A stretch of DNA of 32,000 bases from Halalkalibacterium halodurans (GCF_004376175.1 NZ_SNUY01000019.1:25697-57696), one strand, 5' to 3'. Positions 1-7,441 are shown, counted from the first letter of the stretch. A program made the numbers and translations. The notes: generated from the letters alone by a model not told the origin.

Positions 1-1
1 T

Positions 2-283
2 TTAATTGAGACGAAAAAACTTGGAGAAATCGGCATACTTGTACAAGTCGTAGATCGTCAATTATCCGTTACGTTAAAAAATGACTTAGATGATTTTCCA
101 GAGAAAATGGAGCCTCTCGTTGAAAAGACGAGTGAGCGAATAGAAGAGATTGGTTATCAAGTATCTGGGATTAAGTTTGCAAAAGCAACAGACGTTGAAG
201 TGAAGCGGGACGAGGATGGCGAGCGTGCTCAACAACCTACACAGCCTATTTTTACGGAGAAAGGGTTTGATTTTAAAATATGA
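2..283 (+). CDS. 3' end of a FliK-like flagellar hook-length control protein (Flg_hook-type C-terminal domain); 5' end lies outside the window
   Basis: Frame 2 is open from the window edge: LIETKKLGEIGILVQVVDRQLSVTLKNDLDDFPEKMEPLVEKTSERIEEIGYQVSGIKFAKA... The LGxIxV...L.V.L...L...L...G pattern fits the FliK C-terminal domain. The TGA stop at 281-283 overlaps the ATG of the next gene (ATGA). It is absent from the ORF track because the start codon lies outside the window. Confidence 0.5.
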   Translation, partial: LIETKKLGEIGILVQVVDRQLSVTLKNDLDDFPEKMEPLVEKTSERIEEIGYQVSGIKFAKATDVEVKRDEDGERAQQPTQPIFTEKGFDFKI

Positions 284-579
284 TCATTTCTAGGCACATG
301 AACCAAATCCAACGGCGTCATACAAGTGGCCGGACAGCAGCGGTAATTCAGTATGATGAAACGTCGGGTGATGCTCCGAAATTGGTGGCCCACGGAAAAG
401 GACAAATCGCAGAACAAATTATTGACATGGCTAAACGGAACAACATTCACATGCAAGAAGATCCGCTGCTCGTTGAAAACTTGCTTGACATGGATTTAGG
501 GGATAACATCCCACCACAGCTTTACTCGGTTATGGCCGAAATTTTATTGCTTATCGAAGAAATGGAAAAGAACTATTAA
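280..579 (+). CDS. ylqH: Stand-alone FlhB C-terminal-domain-like protein (EscU/YscU/HrcU family, YlqH-like), 99 aa
   Basis: AAVIQYDETSGDAPKLVAHGKGQIAEQIIDMAKRNNIHMQEDPLLVENLL...IPPQLYSVMAEILLLI resembles the FlhB-CC subdomain (AVAL.Y....APKVVAKG.G..A..I...A....VP..E.P.LAR.L.....IP..LY.AVAE.L). Its start is translationally coupled to the upstream FliK-like gene. Confidence 0.75.
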   Translation: MIISRHMNQIQRRHTSGRTAAVIQYDETSGDAPKLVAHGKGQIAEQIIDMAKRNNIHMQEDPLLVENLLDMDLGDNIPPQLYSVMAEILLLIEEMEKNY

Positions 580-603
580 ACTCTGCTTTAATCACGTCGA
601 TAA
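577..603 (+). promoter_or_regulatory. Candidate sigma-D-type promoter upstream of fliS-flagellin
   Basis: TAAA (577-580), a 15-nt spacer, then GTCGATAA (596-603), compared with the recalled sigma-D consensus TAAA-N15-GCCGATAT (6/8 in the -10 element). It lies 33 nt upstream of the fliS GTG start. Confidence 0.4.
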
Positions 604-635
604 ATAAAATAGAATCATCCGCTGGAGGTGTCCAT

Positions 636-1061
636 GTGTCGCAACTGTTAACCAATGAAGCACTCCATCAAAAAAGTCCTGAGGAAATCACGGCGCTTCT
701 TTATGAAGCGTGTTTGGATAAGATGGAAGCTACTGTTTGCGCGATAGAGGAAAAAGACTACATAAGGGCCAATGAGTCGATCCAACGAGCAATCGACATC
801 TTGCACCGCTTAGGCGCAGGATTAAATTATGAGGCTGGAATCATTGCTGATCAGCTCGACCAATTGTACAACTACCTTGTAGACCTTCTCGTGGAGGCGA
901 ACTATCAAAAGGATGTAGTCAAGGTAAACGAAGGAATCAAGCTGCTAACACTGGTTATGTCTGCTTGGACGAAAGCGATGAAAACAAGGCAAGATCGCCA
1001 ATCGAAGTCGGTGAAACAAAAGGCGACAATGTACGAAAATGCAGTGATGCATGAATCATAA
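636..1061 (+). CDS. fliS: Flagellar export chaperone FliS
   Basis: 141 aa with a FliS-like helical-bundle pattern (ITALLYEACLDKM...AIDILHRLGAGLNYEAG.IADQLDQLYNYLVDLLVEAN...LLTLVMSAWTKA). GTG start with SD GGAGGTG at 624-630. Sits immediately upstream of the flagellin. Confidence 0.85.
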   Translation: MSQLLTNEALHQKSPEEITALLYEACLDKMEATVCAIEEKDYIRANESIQRAIDILHRLGAGLNYEAGIIADQLDQLYNYLVDLLVEANYQKDVVKVNEGIKLLTLVMSAWTKAMKTRQDRQSKSVKQKATMYENAVMHES

Positions 1062-1085
1062 ATAAAGGGTAAAGGGAGACGACCA

Positions 1086-2480
1086 ATGAAAATTAACAAT
1101 AACATTCAAGCGTTAAATGCGTATCGTAATTTGTACCAAAACCAATTTCTAACATCAAAAAACTTAGAAAAATTATCATCAGGTCTTCGCATTAATCGTG
1201 CAGCAGATGATGCGGCAGGCCTAGCGATTTCAGAAAAAATGCGCTCGCAAATTCGCGGGTTAAAAATGGCAGAACGCAATGCAATGGACGGCATTTCCCT
1301 CATGCAAACCTCTGAAGGTGCGATGCAGGAAGTGCACGCCATGCTACAACGGATGCGCGAGCTTGCGGTTCAGGCGGCGAATGACACAAATACAGAATAT
1401 GATCGGGAGCAAATTCAAAAAGAGATCGACCAGTTAAAATTGGAAATTGACAGCATTTCTGAGAAAACGGAATTTAACACGCGCAAGTTGTTGAACGGCT
1501 TTAGTGCTGTACTCACTACATTTGATGCAGGGGCAAACGAAGTGAATCTCGAAGGATTCCCGCGGGTGACGGATGCTAATTTGAAATCGGGAGAATATCG
1601 TTTAATTGTGGAAAACGTCTCCTACTCTTCAAGTGTGACTCAGCCGTCTGCTGGTTTAAAGGACGGGGATATCTCATTTGCTGATGCGATCGGTTCAGTG
1701 GATGAGGAAAATAAAATGAAGCTTGGAGAATACTCCATTCTTGTTCGTGAAGTGGTGCCAAACGGTGATGCGAAAATCGAAATTTTAGACCCAGACGGCT
1801 TATCGGTAGGGACAAAGGTAGTTGGAATTGGCACGAATGGAACAACGAATGAAACCGTAGCGGGCATTCAAATCGATACAACGAAAATTTCGACTTCTGG
1901 TACTGTGAAGATCAAGCTTGAAGTTAAGGCTGATCTCACGCTGCAAAGATCAACCGACGGCACATTTGAGCCAATTCAAGCTTCACGCACCTTAACATCA
2001 AACAATGGAATGTTCCGTCATGGTGGTGTGGAGTACAATTTCTACAACAACATCGAAGCAGGGAACTTAGAATTTACGATCACAAATAACGCTCTATCGT
2101 TTCAAATTGGGCCAAACACAAATCAAAATGTGATGATTGATATTCCGAAAATGGATGTCGTTACACTTGGAATCGAAGAAGTTAGCGTATTGACTAACGC
2201 AGATGCGAACAAGGCGATCTTCCAAATCGATCAAGCCATCAATAAATTATCAGACGCTAGAGCAAAACTAGGAGCTGTGCAAAACCGTTTGGAGCATACA
2301 GTGAACAACTTGCAGGTGACACACGAGAACTTAACGGCTTCAGAATCTCGAATCCGCGATGCAGATATGGCTCTCTTGATGACGGAATTTACTCGAAACA
2401 ACATCCTTAATCAATCAGCAACCGCCATGTTGGCGCAAGCGAATCAGCTTCCACAAGGGGTGCTACAATTGCTTCAATAA
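1086..2480 (+). CDS. Flagellin (464 aa) with conserved N and C domains and a central insert of about 190 aa
   Basis: N-terminus: MKINNNIQALNAYRNL...GLRINRAADDAAGLAISEKMRSQIRGL..A.RNA.DGISL.QT.EGA. C-terminus: LGAVQNRLEHTVNNL...ENLTASESRIRDADMA.EMTEFTRNNIL.Q...AMLAQANQLPQGVLQLLQ. SD AAGGGAGA precedes the ATG. The gap from fliS is only 24 nt, so the two are probably co-transcribed. Confidence 0.95.
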   Translation: MKINNNIQALNAYRNLYQNQFLTSKNLEKLSSGLRINRAADDAAGLAISEKMRSQIRGLKMAERNAMDGISLMQTSEGAMQEVHAMLQRMRELAVQAANDTNTEYDREQIQKEIDQLKLEIDSISEKTEFNTRKLLNGFSAVLTTFDAGANEVNLEGFPRVTDANLKSGEYRLIVENVSYSSSVTQPSAGLKDGDISFADAIGSVDEENKMKLGEYSILVREVVPNGDAKIEILDPDGLSVGTKVVGIGTNGTTNETVAGIQIDTTKISTSGTVKIKLEVKADLTLQRSTDGTFEPIQASRTLTSNNGMFRHGGVEYNFYNNIEAGNLEFTITNNALSFQIGPNTNQNVMIDIPKMDVVTLGIEEVSVLTNADANKAIFQIDQAINKLSDARAKLGAVQNRLEHTVNNLQVTHENLTASESRIRDADMALLMTEFTRNNILNQSATAMLAQANQLPQGVLQLLQ

Positions 2481-2487
2481 TGTTTGG

Positions 2488-2517
2488 GCGAGAGGGACTT
2501 TGTTCCTTTCGCTTTTT
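2488..2517 (+). terminator. Rho-independent terminator after the flagellin gene
   Basis: GCGAGAGGGAC (2488-2498), TTT loop, GTTCCTTTCGC (2502-2512; 11 bp including 2 G-U pairs), then TTTTT (2513-2517). Confidence 0.7.
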
Positions 2518-2575
2518 CTTCTATTAAATATGCTACAATAGTCGTAAGATAAGCTCGAAGGACGGAGGAAGAACG

Positions 2576-3013
2576 ATGGATGTACAACGGGTAGGAAAAG
2601 CCGGATTACACCGGGTGGATTCGAAAAAACAACAGACAGCAGCAGGCGTGTCATTTTCTGAAGTGATGGGCAAACAGCGAGATGAGAAGGCATATGAACG
2701 ACTACAAGCGTTGATGTCCAAAATTGATGATCAAGGGAAGCTATTGTCGGAAACTCGTACGATAGAAGAATTGCGAAAATATAAAGAGCTTGTGAAAGAG
2801 TTTGTTGGAGATGCGGTAGAGCTCGGATTGCGGTTAGAAGAAAGACGGGGATTTAATCGCCGAGGGCGTACGAAAATCTATAAAATTGTGAAAGAAGTAG
2901 ATCGAAAACTATTAGACTTAACGGACGCTGTATTAGCAAAAGAAAAAAAAGGTCTCGATATCCTCAACATGGTCGGAGAAATTAAAGGATTGCTCATAAA
3001 CATATACGCTTAA
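2576..3013 (+). CDS. DUF327 (YaaR-like) family protein, 145 aa
   Basis: Size and sequence pattern (FSEVM......L...IDDQGKLL....T.EEL.KYKELVKEF....V..GL.L.E.RGF.RRGR.K.Y.IVKE.D.KL..L......KEK..L.IL...GEI.GLL.N.Y) match my recollection of B. subtilis YaaR/DUF327. SD GGAGGAAG. An extended -10 (TGcTACAAT) lies at 2531-2539. Confidence 0.6.
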   Translation: MDVQRVGKAGLHRVDSKKQQTAAGVSFSEVMGKQRDEKAYERLQALMSKIDDQGKLLSETRTIEELRKYKELVKEFVGDAVELGLRLEERRGFNRRGRTKIYKIVKEVDRKLLDLTDAVLAKEKKGLDILNMVGEIKGLLINIYA

Positions 3014-3016
3014 TAC

Positions 3017-3049
3017 AAACGCCCGGGACAATATCGTCATGGGCGTTTT
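3017..3049. terminator. Hairpin between convergent genes (probable bidirectional terminator)
   Basis: AAACGCCC (3017-3024) pairs with GGGCGTTT (3041-3048), followed by T on the + strand. The loop is long (16 nt) and the U-tracts are weak. The 3' arm contains the stop codon of the minus-strand CPBP gene. Confidence 0.45.
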
Positions 3050-3659
3050 ACATAAGAGGGAGCCAAATGAGTAATAAAGCATCAAAGAGTAGGTGAGAGA
3101 GGAGCGGTGGCCAAATCGATTTCGTGCGAACAAACAGCCATCCCCAAACAAGGCCGGCCAAAAAAGCAGCAAGTACGAGCAGGAGGCTACTAGAAGCAGC
3201 ATGGACTATTCCATAGAGCAATGCCCCAAAGATAATCGCTCGTCCTTCAGACATTTGGTTATGAAGAGTTCCTACTACATACCCACGCCAAAAAAGCTCC
3301 TCTCCAGGAATGATGAAAACAAAAAGGACGAAATAATGCCACCATTCGGTAGGACGAATCATGTCATAAAGCGTTTCAAGGGAAGCGAGGAGTGGAATCC
3401 CTGTCAATGTGATCAGCCACTTGCCAAAGGCGAAAAGCCCGTACAGGAAGAGGCCACTAAGAAGGGCAAAACCACAAATGGTCAAAGGCGGCTTCCGCTT
3501 AATGGGGATGCGACTAAAAAAGATGGCGATAGCCGAAAGAATGACGAGAGATATTGGGAATACAATACAAAAATCGAGTGGCTGCCATGAAAAGCTAGTC
3601 CATAATAGAAGCATCGCAAAAAATAGAATCCATCCGAATTTGACCGACACAACATCCAC
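3048..3659 (-). CDS. CPBP-family intramembrane metalloprotease (CAAX protease/Abi-like)
   Basis: Polytopic membrane protein carrying the three CPBP motifs: EELFWRGYV (EExxxR), FGALLYGIVH (FxxxH) and SHLLFDALL (HxxxD/N). Confidence 0.85.
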   Translation of the reverse strand: MDVVSVKFGWILFFAMLLLWTSFSWQPLDFCIVFPISLVILSAIAIFFSRIPIKRKPPLTICGFALLSGLFLYGLFAFGKWLITLTGIPLLASLETLYDMIRPTEWWHYFVLFVFIIPGEELFWRGYVVGTLHNQMSEGRAIIFGALLYGIVHAASSSLLLVLAAFLAGLVWGWLFVRTKSIWPPLLSHLLFDALLLIWLPLM

Positions 3660-3732
3660 CTCATCCTTATGTACAGTAAGCTACCTTAGCTTTACGCTTT
3701 ATTTACTATAAGCAAAAAATGGGAGGAGTGCA

Positions 3733-4167
3733 ATGGGAAAAGGAACATTTGTTTATCGAACGACGATCACTTCTCCGCACGAGGAAGTGTGGGCTTTCTT
3801 TTCATCCCCTACTAATTTACAAACTTTGACGAAGATCCCAAAGGTCGTGCTAGACTCAACGTCGGAGACAACACAAGGGAGCGAAATTGAGATGAAGCTC
3901 TTTGTCCTCGGAATCCCCTTTCAATGGAAGGCCTATATTGAAGCTTACAATCCGCCTTTTTCCTTTACAGATGTAGCGATCAAGATGCCATTTCCGATCG
4001 TCTATTGGAGGCATACTCATCGTTTTACAACGGAAGGAGAGAGAACGGTGATGATCGATGAAATCCAATACGAGATTAAGATGGCGAACAAGCTTGTAAT
4101 CTTCTTCTTAAGACGGATGTTTCGTGCTCGTGAATCTGCTCTCCATCGCTATTTTCAGTCTATGTAA
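3733..4167 (+). CDS. SRPBCC (START/cyclase-dehydrase-like) family protein, 144 aa
   Basis: The N-terminus F.Y.T.I.SP.EEVWAFFSSP.NL..LT and the overall size and pattern are typical of SRPBCC/polyketide-cyclase-like proteins. SD GGGAGGAG is 6 nt before the ATG. Confidence 0.6.
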   Translation: MGKGTFVYRTTITSPHEEVWAFFSSPTNLQTLTKIPKVVLDSTSETTQGSEIEMKLFVLGIPFQWKAYIEAYNPPFSFTDVAIKMPFPIVYWRHTHRFTTEGERTVMIDEIQYEIKMANKLVIFFLRRMFRARESALHRYFQSM

Positions 4168-4197
4168 CACACCCCTCTTTTTTCCTTGAGGGGTGTG
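4168..4197. terminator. GC-rich hairpin between convergent genes (terminator-like, no clean U-tail)
   Basis: CACACCCCTC (4168-4177) pairs with GAGGGGTGTG (4188-4197). The T-rich run lies in the loop rather than after the stem. Confidence 0.45.
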
Positions 4198-4202
4198 TCT
4201 CG

Positions 4203-5219
4203 TTAAAGCCATGCTCGGTCATATTGGCTCGGTCCGCTAATCGTCGTTCCTAGTTCAAGCGCCGCCTCTCTTGGCCAGTAGGGATTCCGTAATAATTCAC
4301 GGGCCACAAAGATTAAATCAGCTCGTTCGTTTTGTAAAATTTCCTCAGCCTGAATCCCAGATGTGATGAGACCAACCGCTCCAGTCGCAATATTTGCTTC
4401 ATGACGAATCGCTTCTGCTAGAGGCACTTGGTAGCCAGGATATACAGGAATAGGTGCTGGGACGACCGCACCTGAACTGCAGTCGATTAAGTCAATTCCT
4501 TGTTTTTTCATCCATTTCGCTAATGTGATAAAGTCGGAGAGTTCGTTTCCCCCTTCAGCATATTCTGCTGCAGAAATGCGAACGAATAGTGGACCATCCC
4601 AAACGGTTTGAATTTCGCTGATGATTTCTCGTAATAAACGGTAACGGTTTTCAAGGCTCCCGCCATAAGCATCGGTTCGTTTATTGGTAAGTGGTGATAA
4701 AAATTCATTGATTAAGTAGCCATGTGCCCCATGAATTTCAATGATATCAAACCCGGCCTTCTTTGCCCGAAGCGCTCCTAGTTTAAACGCTTCGATGGTT
4801 TCGGAGATTTGCTCTTCTGTCATCGCATCAGGGGTCTTCATCTTGTCATATGGGATCGCAGAAGGAGCAATAATCGGCCCGTCTAGCTCCGCTTTTCGAC
4901 CAGCATGGGCTAGTTGGATCGCCGCCTTAGCTCCATGAGCATGAATGCGCTCCACTGTTTCTGTTAAGCCCGAAATGTGATCGTCACTCCAAATGCCGAG
5001 GTCATAAGGGGAAATTCGTCCTTGAGGTGTAACGGCCGTTGCCTCTACTATAATAAGGCCTACCTGACCGGCAGCGCGAGACTCGTAATGACTGATATGA
5101 AATGGACGTATTTTTCCATCTTTCTGATCACTGGAATACATGCACATTGGTGACATGACGATTCGATTTTTTAACGTCACGCCTTTCACAACATATGATG
5201 AAAATAACTTATGTTCCAT
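4203..5219 (-). CDS. namA: NADPH dehydrogenase NamA (YqjM-type old yellow enzyme)
   Basis: [24 protein letters not shown]...G....FH..HY.SRA.GQVGL.IVEATAV.P.GRIS..DLGIW.D.H...L...[16 protein letters not shown] is a close match to the YqjM family. The ORF-track GTG start (5228) abuts the SD. ATG at 5219 has SD GGAG plus an 8-nt spacer, giving 338 aa. Confidence 0.9.
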   Translation of the reverse strand: MEHKLFSSYVVKGVTLKNRIVMSPMCMYSSDQKDGKIRPFHISHYESRAAGQVGLIIVEATAVTPQGRISPYDLGIWSDDHISGLTETVERIHAHGAKAAIQLAHAGRKAELDGPIIAPSAIPYDKMKTPDAMTEEQISETIEAFKLGALRAKKAGFDIIEIHGAHGYLINEFLSPLTNKRTDAYGGSLENRYRLLREIISEIQTVWDGPLFVRISAAEYAEGGNELSDFITLAKWMKKQGIDLIDCSSGAVVPAPIPVYPGYQVPLAEAIRHEANIATGAVGLITSGIQAEEILQNERADLIFVARELLRNPYWPREAALELGTTISGPSQYDRAWL

Positions 5220-5257
5220 AAAATCCACTCCTTCGCTTTTACGATTAATGGTAAACG

Positions 5258-5271
5258 TAAAACCGGTTTTA
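5258..5271. promoter_or_regulatory. Perfect 14-bp palindrome TAAAACCGGTTTTA in the namA promoter/leader (candidate operator)
   Basis: Seen directly. It lies 39 nt upstream of the namA ATG and immediately downstream of a minus-strand extended -10-like TGgTACGAT. The binding factor is unknown. Confidence 0.3.
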
Positions 5272-5370
5272 TCGTACCACTTTTAAGTAAATACAGGCGA
5301 CTATTTTGCTTATGAAGGAAGTCTTTGGATAAGCAGAGGCTTAAATGAATTTTATAGTAACGTTAAACCA

Positions 5371-5404
5371 ACAAAAAACACATCGCAAACAAAAGCGATG
5401 TGTT
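5371..5404 (-). terminator. Rho-independent terminator of the darB-like gene
   Basis: AAACACATCGC (5376-5386) pairs with GCGATGTGTTT (5394-5404). On the minus-strand transcript the stem is followed by a U-run (complement of the A-run at 5371-5375). Confidence 0.75.
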
Positions 5405-5422
5405 TCCTTACCCATGTTATGT

Positions 5423-5863
5423 TTATTTTGGCTGTTGCAATTGGCGATTGATAAAGGAAAGGATCGTGCTTCTTGTAAGGATACCTAAAAATGAGCCGTC
5501 GTCATCAAGAATGCATATAAACGGGTGCGCGATGGAGACTTTTAAGGCGCGAGAAAAGGAAGCCTTATGATGAATCGTTGGAATCTCAGGGTTCATGACG
5601 TCTTTCACAACGAGGTGTGCTAGCCGCTCCATTTCAATCCGTTCAACGCCGAGTAATGCGTCAAGAATGAGTGACTTGCTAATGACTCCGTGTAATTTCG
5701 AATGTTCATCTAATACTGGAATGGCCGTATACCCAGATTTAATTAAAACGAGGAGCGCGTGTTCTAAAGGATTGGACAAGTGAACATGGGCTACTTTATC
5801 GAATGGGATAACAAGTTCCTTTAAGTCATTATCCATAATGTTTTGCTTAATGAGATTTTGCAT
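5423..5863 (-). CDS. darB: CBS-pair protein, DarB/CbpB (YkuL) homolog, a c-di-AMP receptor family
   Basis: DKVAHVHLSNPLEHALLVLIKSGYTAIPVLD...KLHGVIS......D.LLG.ERIE.E.L....V.DVM is near-collinear with my recollection of B. subtilis YkuL (DKVAHVQVGNNLEHALLVLTKTGYTAIPVLD..YRLHGLI). 146 aa. Confidence 0.8.
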   Translation of the reverse strand: MQNLIKQNIMDNDLKELVIPFDKVAHVHLSNPLEHALLVLIKSGYTAIPVLDEHSKLHGVISKSLILDALLGVERIEMERLAHLVVKDVMNPEIPTIHHKASFSRALKVSIAHPFICILDDDGSFLGILTRSTILSFINRQLQQPK

Positions 5864-6031
5864 AAAGAATCACTTCTTCTCAATAATATTTTTTTGAACA
5901 TGTTGGTCACGACCCTACTACTTCATTTTCATACTATCGGTCGGTCAAACTCTTTGTCAAGGAACAGAGTGTATGGATTGAGGCAAATTTGGAAATGACT
6001 TATAAGAAAACACAATGGAAGTTGAAAGGTG

Positions 6032-6280
6032 ATGGGTGTGCATACGAAACAGACTGTAAAGTATCGATGTGAACGATATCCTTCTGGGAACGAATATTAC
6101 TACAAACAAGAGATAATCACTCACGATACATGGGAAAACATTGAGTCTTTGCAATGGTCTACACCAAGACCGATTACCCGTAAAACCTTTTTGGCGAAAA
6201 AACAACAAGGATATAAAATCGAATATGTGGACATCCAAAAGCCACCGGCAGAACTGATTCCGTTTACTAGAGACGAATGA
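6032..6280 (+). CDS. Small hypothetical protein (about 82 aa), no family recognised
   Basis: The ORF is followed directly by a strong terminator. The composition looks protein-like (KYRCERYPSGNEYYYKQEIITHDTWENIESLQW...). The start is ambiguous (GTG 6029, ATG 6032 or GTG 6038). Confidence 0.5.
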   Translation: MGVHTKQTVKYRCERYPSGNEYYYKQEIITHDTWENIESLQWSTPRPITRKTFLAKKQQGYKIEYVDIQKPPAELIPFTRDE

Positions 6281-6282
6281 AA

Positions 6283-6307
6283 AGGCAGGGTCCTCTGCCT
6301 TTTTTTA
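6283..6307 (+). terminator. Rho-independent terminator
   Basis: AGGCAGG (6283-6289) pairs with CTCTGCCT (6293-6300), followed by TTTTTT. Confidence 0.75.
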
Positions 6308-6466
6308 TTTTTAGCTCCTTTAAAGGATAAGAAAAAACGAGCGCTTCCGTTAGTAAGACTTGGTCGTGAGCTAGTTTTTCTAACTTGTTGCTAAGGAGAG
6401 GATTTGATAAGGTTAGGTAGGAGAGGATGTTTGTGACGAACGCAAACAGAAAAAAAGGAGAACGAT

Positions 6467-7219
6467 ATGAAAAGGGTAGGTTGTTTAGTCGTTTTTTTAC
6501 TTATGATGACTGGTTGTAACTTAGTCACCGTAGAGGAAGGTGAGATATTGTCTGTGGACGCGCAAGGAGCGGGTTCCTTTACCCTTGATTTAGCGGAAGG
6601 AAACGTTACGATCCGTGGAGATGACGAAACGGAATCAATTGAGGTAGATGTGTCTTATGCAGTCACAGGGGAATCAGAGGAGGAAGCAAATGCCTTTCGC
6701 GAAGCCTTCACATCGGCCATCCTTCAGCGGGAGGGAGATGTTGTCTCGTTAAACACAAAGATTCTTGGCCCTGATCAAGCGGAAGAAGGACGTATTCATT
6801 TAATGATTACGGTTCCTTCCGATTTAAGTATCGAATTAAAGCAAGCGGAAGGAGAGCTATTGATCGAAAATGCAACCAATGATCTCCACATCAATCAAGG
6901 AGCTGGTCCGATTCATTTGCGTCAAATTCGAGGAGAGATCCACATAACCGACGGCGCAGGTAGGATTAATATCGCAGAAGTTGATGGGCCTATTACGGTG
7001 CATGCGAAAACCGGTGATGTGACAATGAAAACAATAACTGGTGATGTTGCCGTTATTGCGGGCTCCAGTGCGATCACGATAGAAGAGGTCAATGGCTCTG
7101 TTGAGGTCCGTGGTGGGCAAGGGAAAATGACCATCGATAGTATAGCAGGTAATGTGACGTTAACCGGTGATGGAGAGCGGAACCTTTCCAATATTGAAGG
7201 GGAGCTTATAGAGCAATAA
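6467..7219 (+). CDS. Lipoprotein with DUF4097-like beta-helical repeats (putative adhesin-like)
   Basis: Signal peptide with lipobox: MKRVGCLVVFLLMMTG|C. The C-terminal half is a periodic G-x-[VI]-x-[VI] repeat (GEIHITDGAGRINIAEVDGPITVHAKTGDVTMKTITGDVAVIAGSSAITIEEVNGSVEVRGGQGKMTIDSIAGNVTL). SD AAAGGAGAA. Confidence 0.75.
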   Translation: MKRVGCLVVFLLMMTGCNLVTVEEGEILSVDAQGAGSFTLDLAEGNVTIRGDDETESIEVDVSYAVTGESEEEANAFREAFTSAILQREGDVVSLNTKILGPDQAEEGRIHLMITVPSDLSIELKQAEGELLIENATNDLHINQGAGPIHLRQIRGEIHITDGAGRINIAEVDGPITVHAKTGDVTMKTITGDVAVIAGSSAITIEEVNGSVEVRGGQGKMTIDSIAGNVTLTGDGERNLSNIEGELIEQ

Positions 7220-7227
7220 TGGAGGTG

Positions 7228-7257
7228 AACCACACTATTAAAAAGGTGTGGTTTTTT
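7228..7257 (+). terminator. Rho-independent terminator
   Basis: AACCACAC (7228-7235) pairs with GTGTGGTT (7246-7253), followed by TTTT. Confidence 0.75.
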
Positions 7258-7326
7258 AATTTGCTTCGCTAACACGTCTTCTGTTTTTTTGACGAGCCCG
7301 ATTATGCCGCGGAGACAAAATTCACA

Positions 7327-7355
7327 TTGACATTTTTAGCTAAGATCGATAGAAT
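7327..7355 (+). promoter_or_regulatory. Sigma-A promoter of the yezD-cysH-sat-cysP-cysC operon
   Basis: TTGACA (7327-7332), an exact 17-nt spacer, then TAGAAT (7350-7355). Confidence 0.65.
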
Positions 7356-7441
7356 ACTATTAAACTAATAAATCATATAAAATTACATGGAATTAAAACC
7401 CTCCTTTAACGATTGATTATGGATGAAGGGAGGACATTTCA

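Noticed and set aside
3093-3590. 165-aa + strand ORF (K/R/E-rich), plus 3409-3711(+) and 3482-3664(-)
   Set aside because: All lie inside the CPBP protease gene, on the opposite strand or in an alternative frame. The charged, low-complexity translation is what the antisense of a hydrophobic membrane protein looks like.
7260-7441. Looked for an S-box (SAM) or T-box riboswitch ahead of the sulfur-assimilation genes
   Set aside because: No S-box core or T-box sequence (GGTGGTACCGCG-like) is present. The leader is instead occupied by a promoter, an AT-rich possible operator and the yezD ORF.
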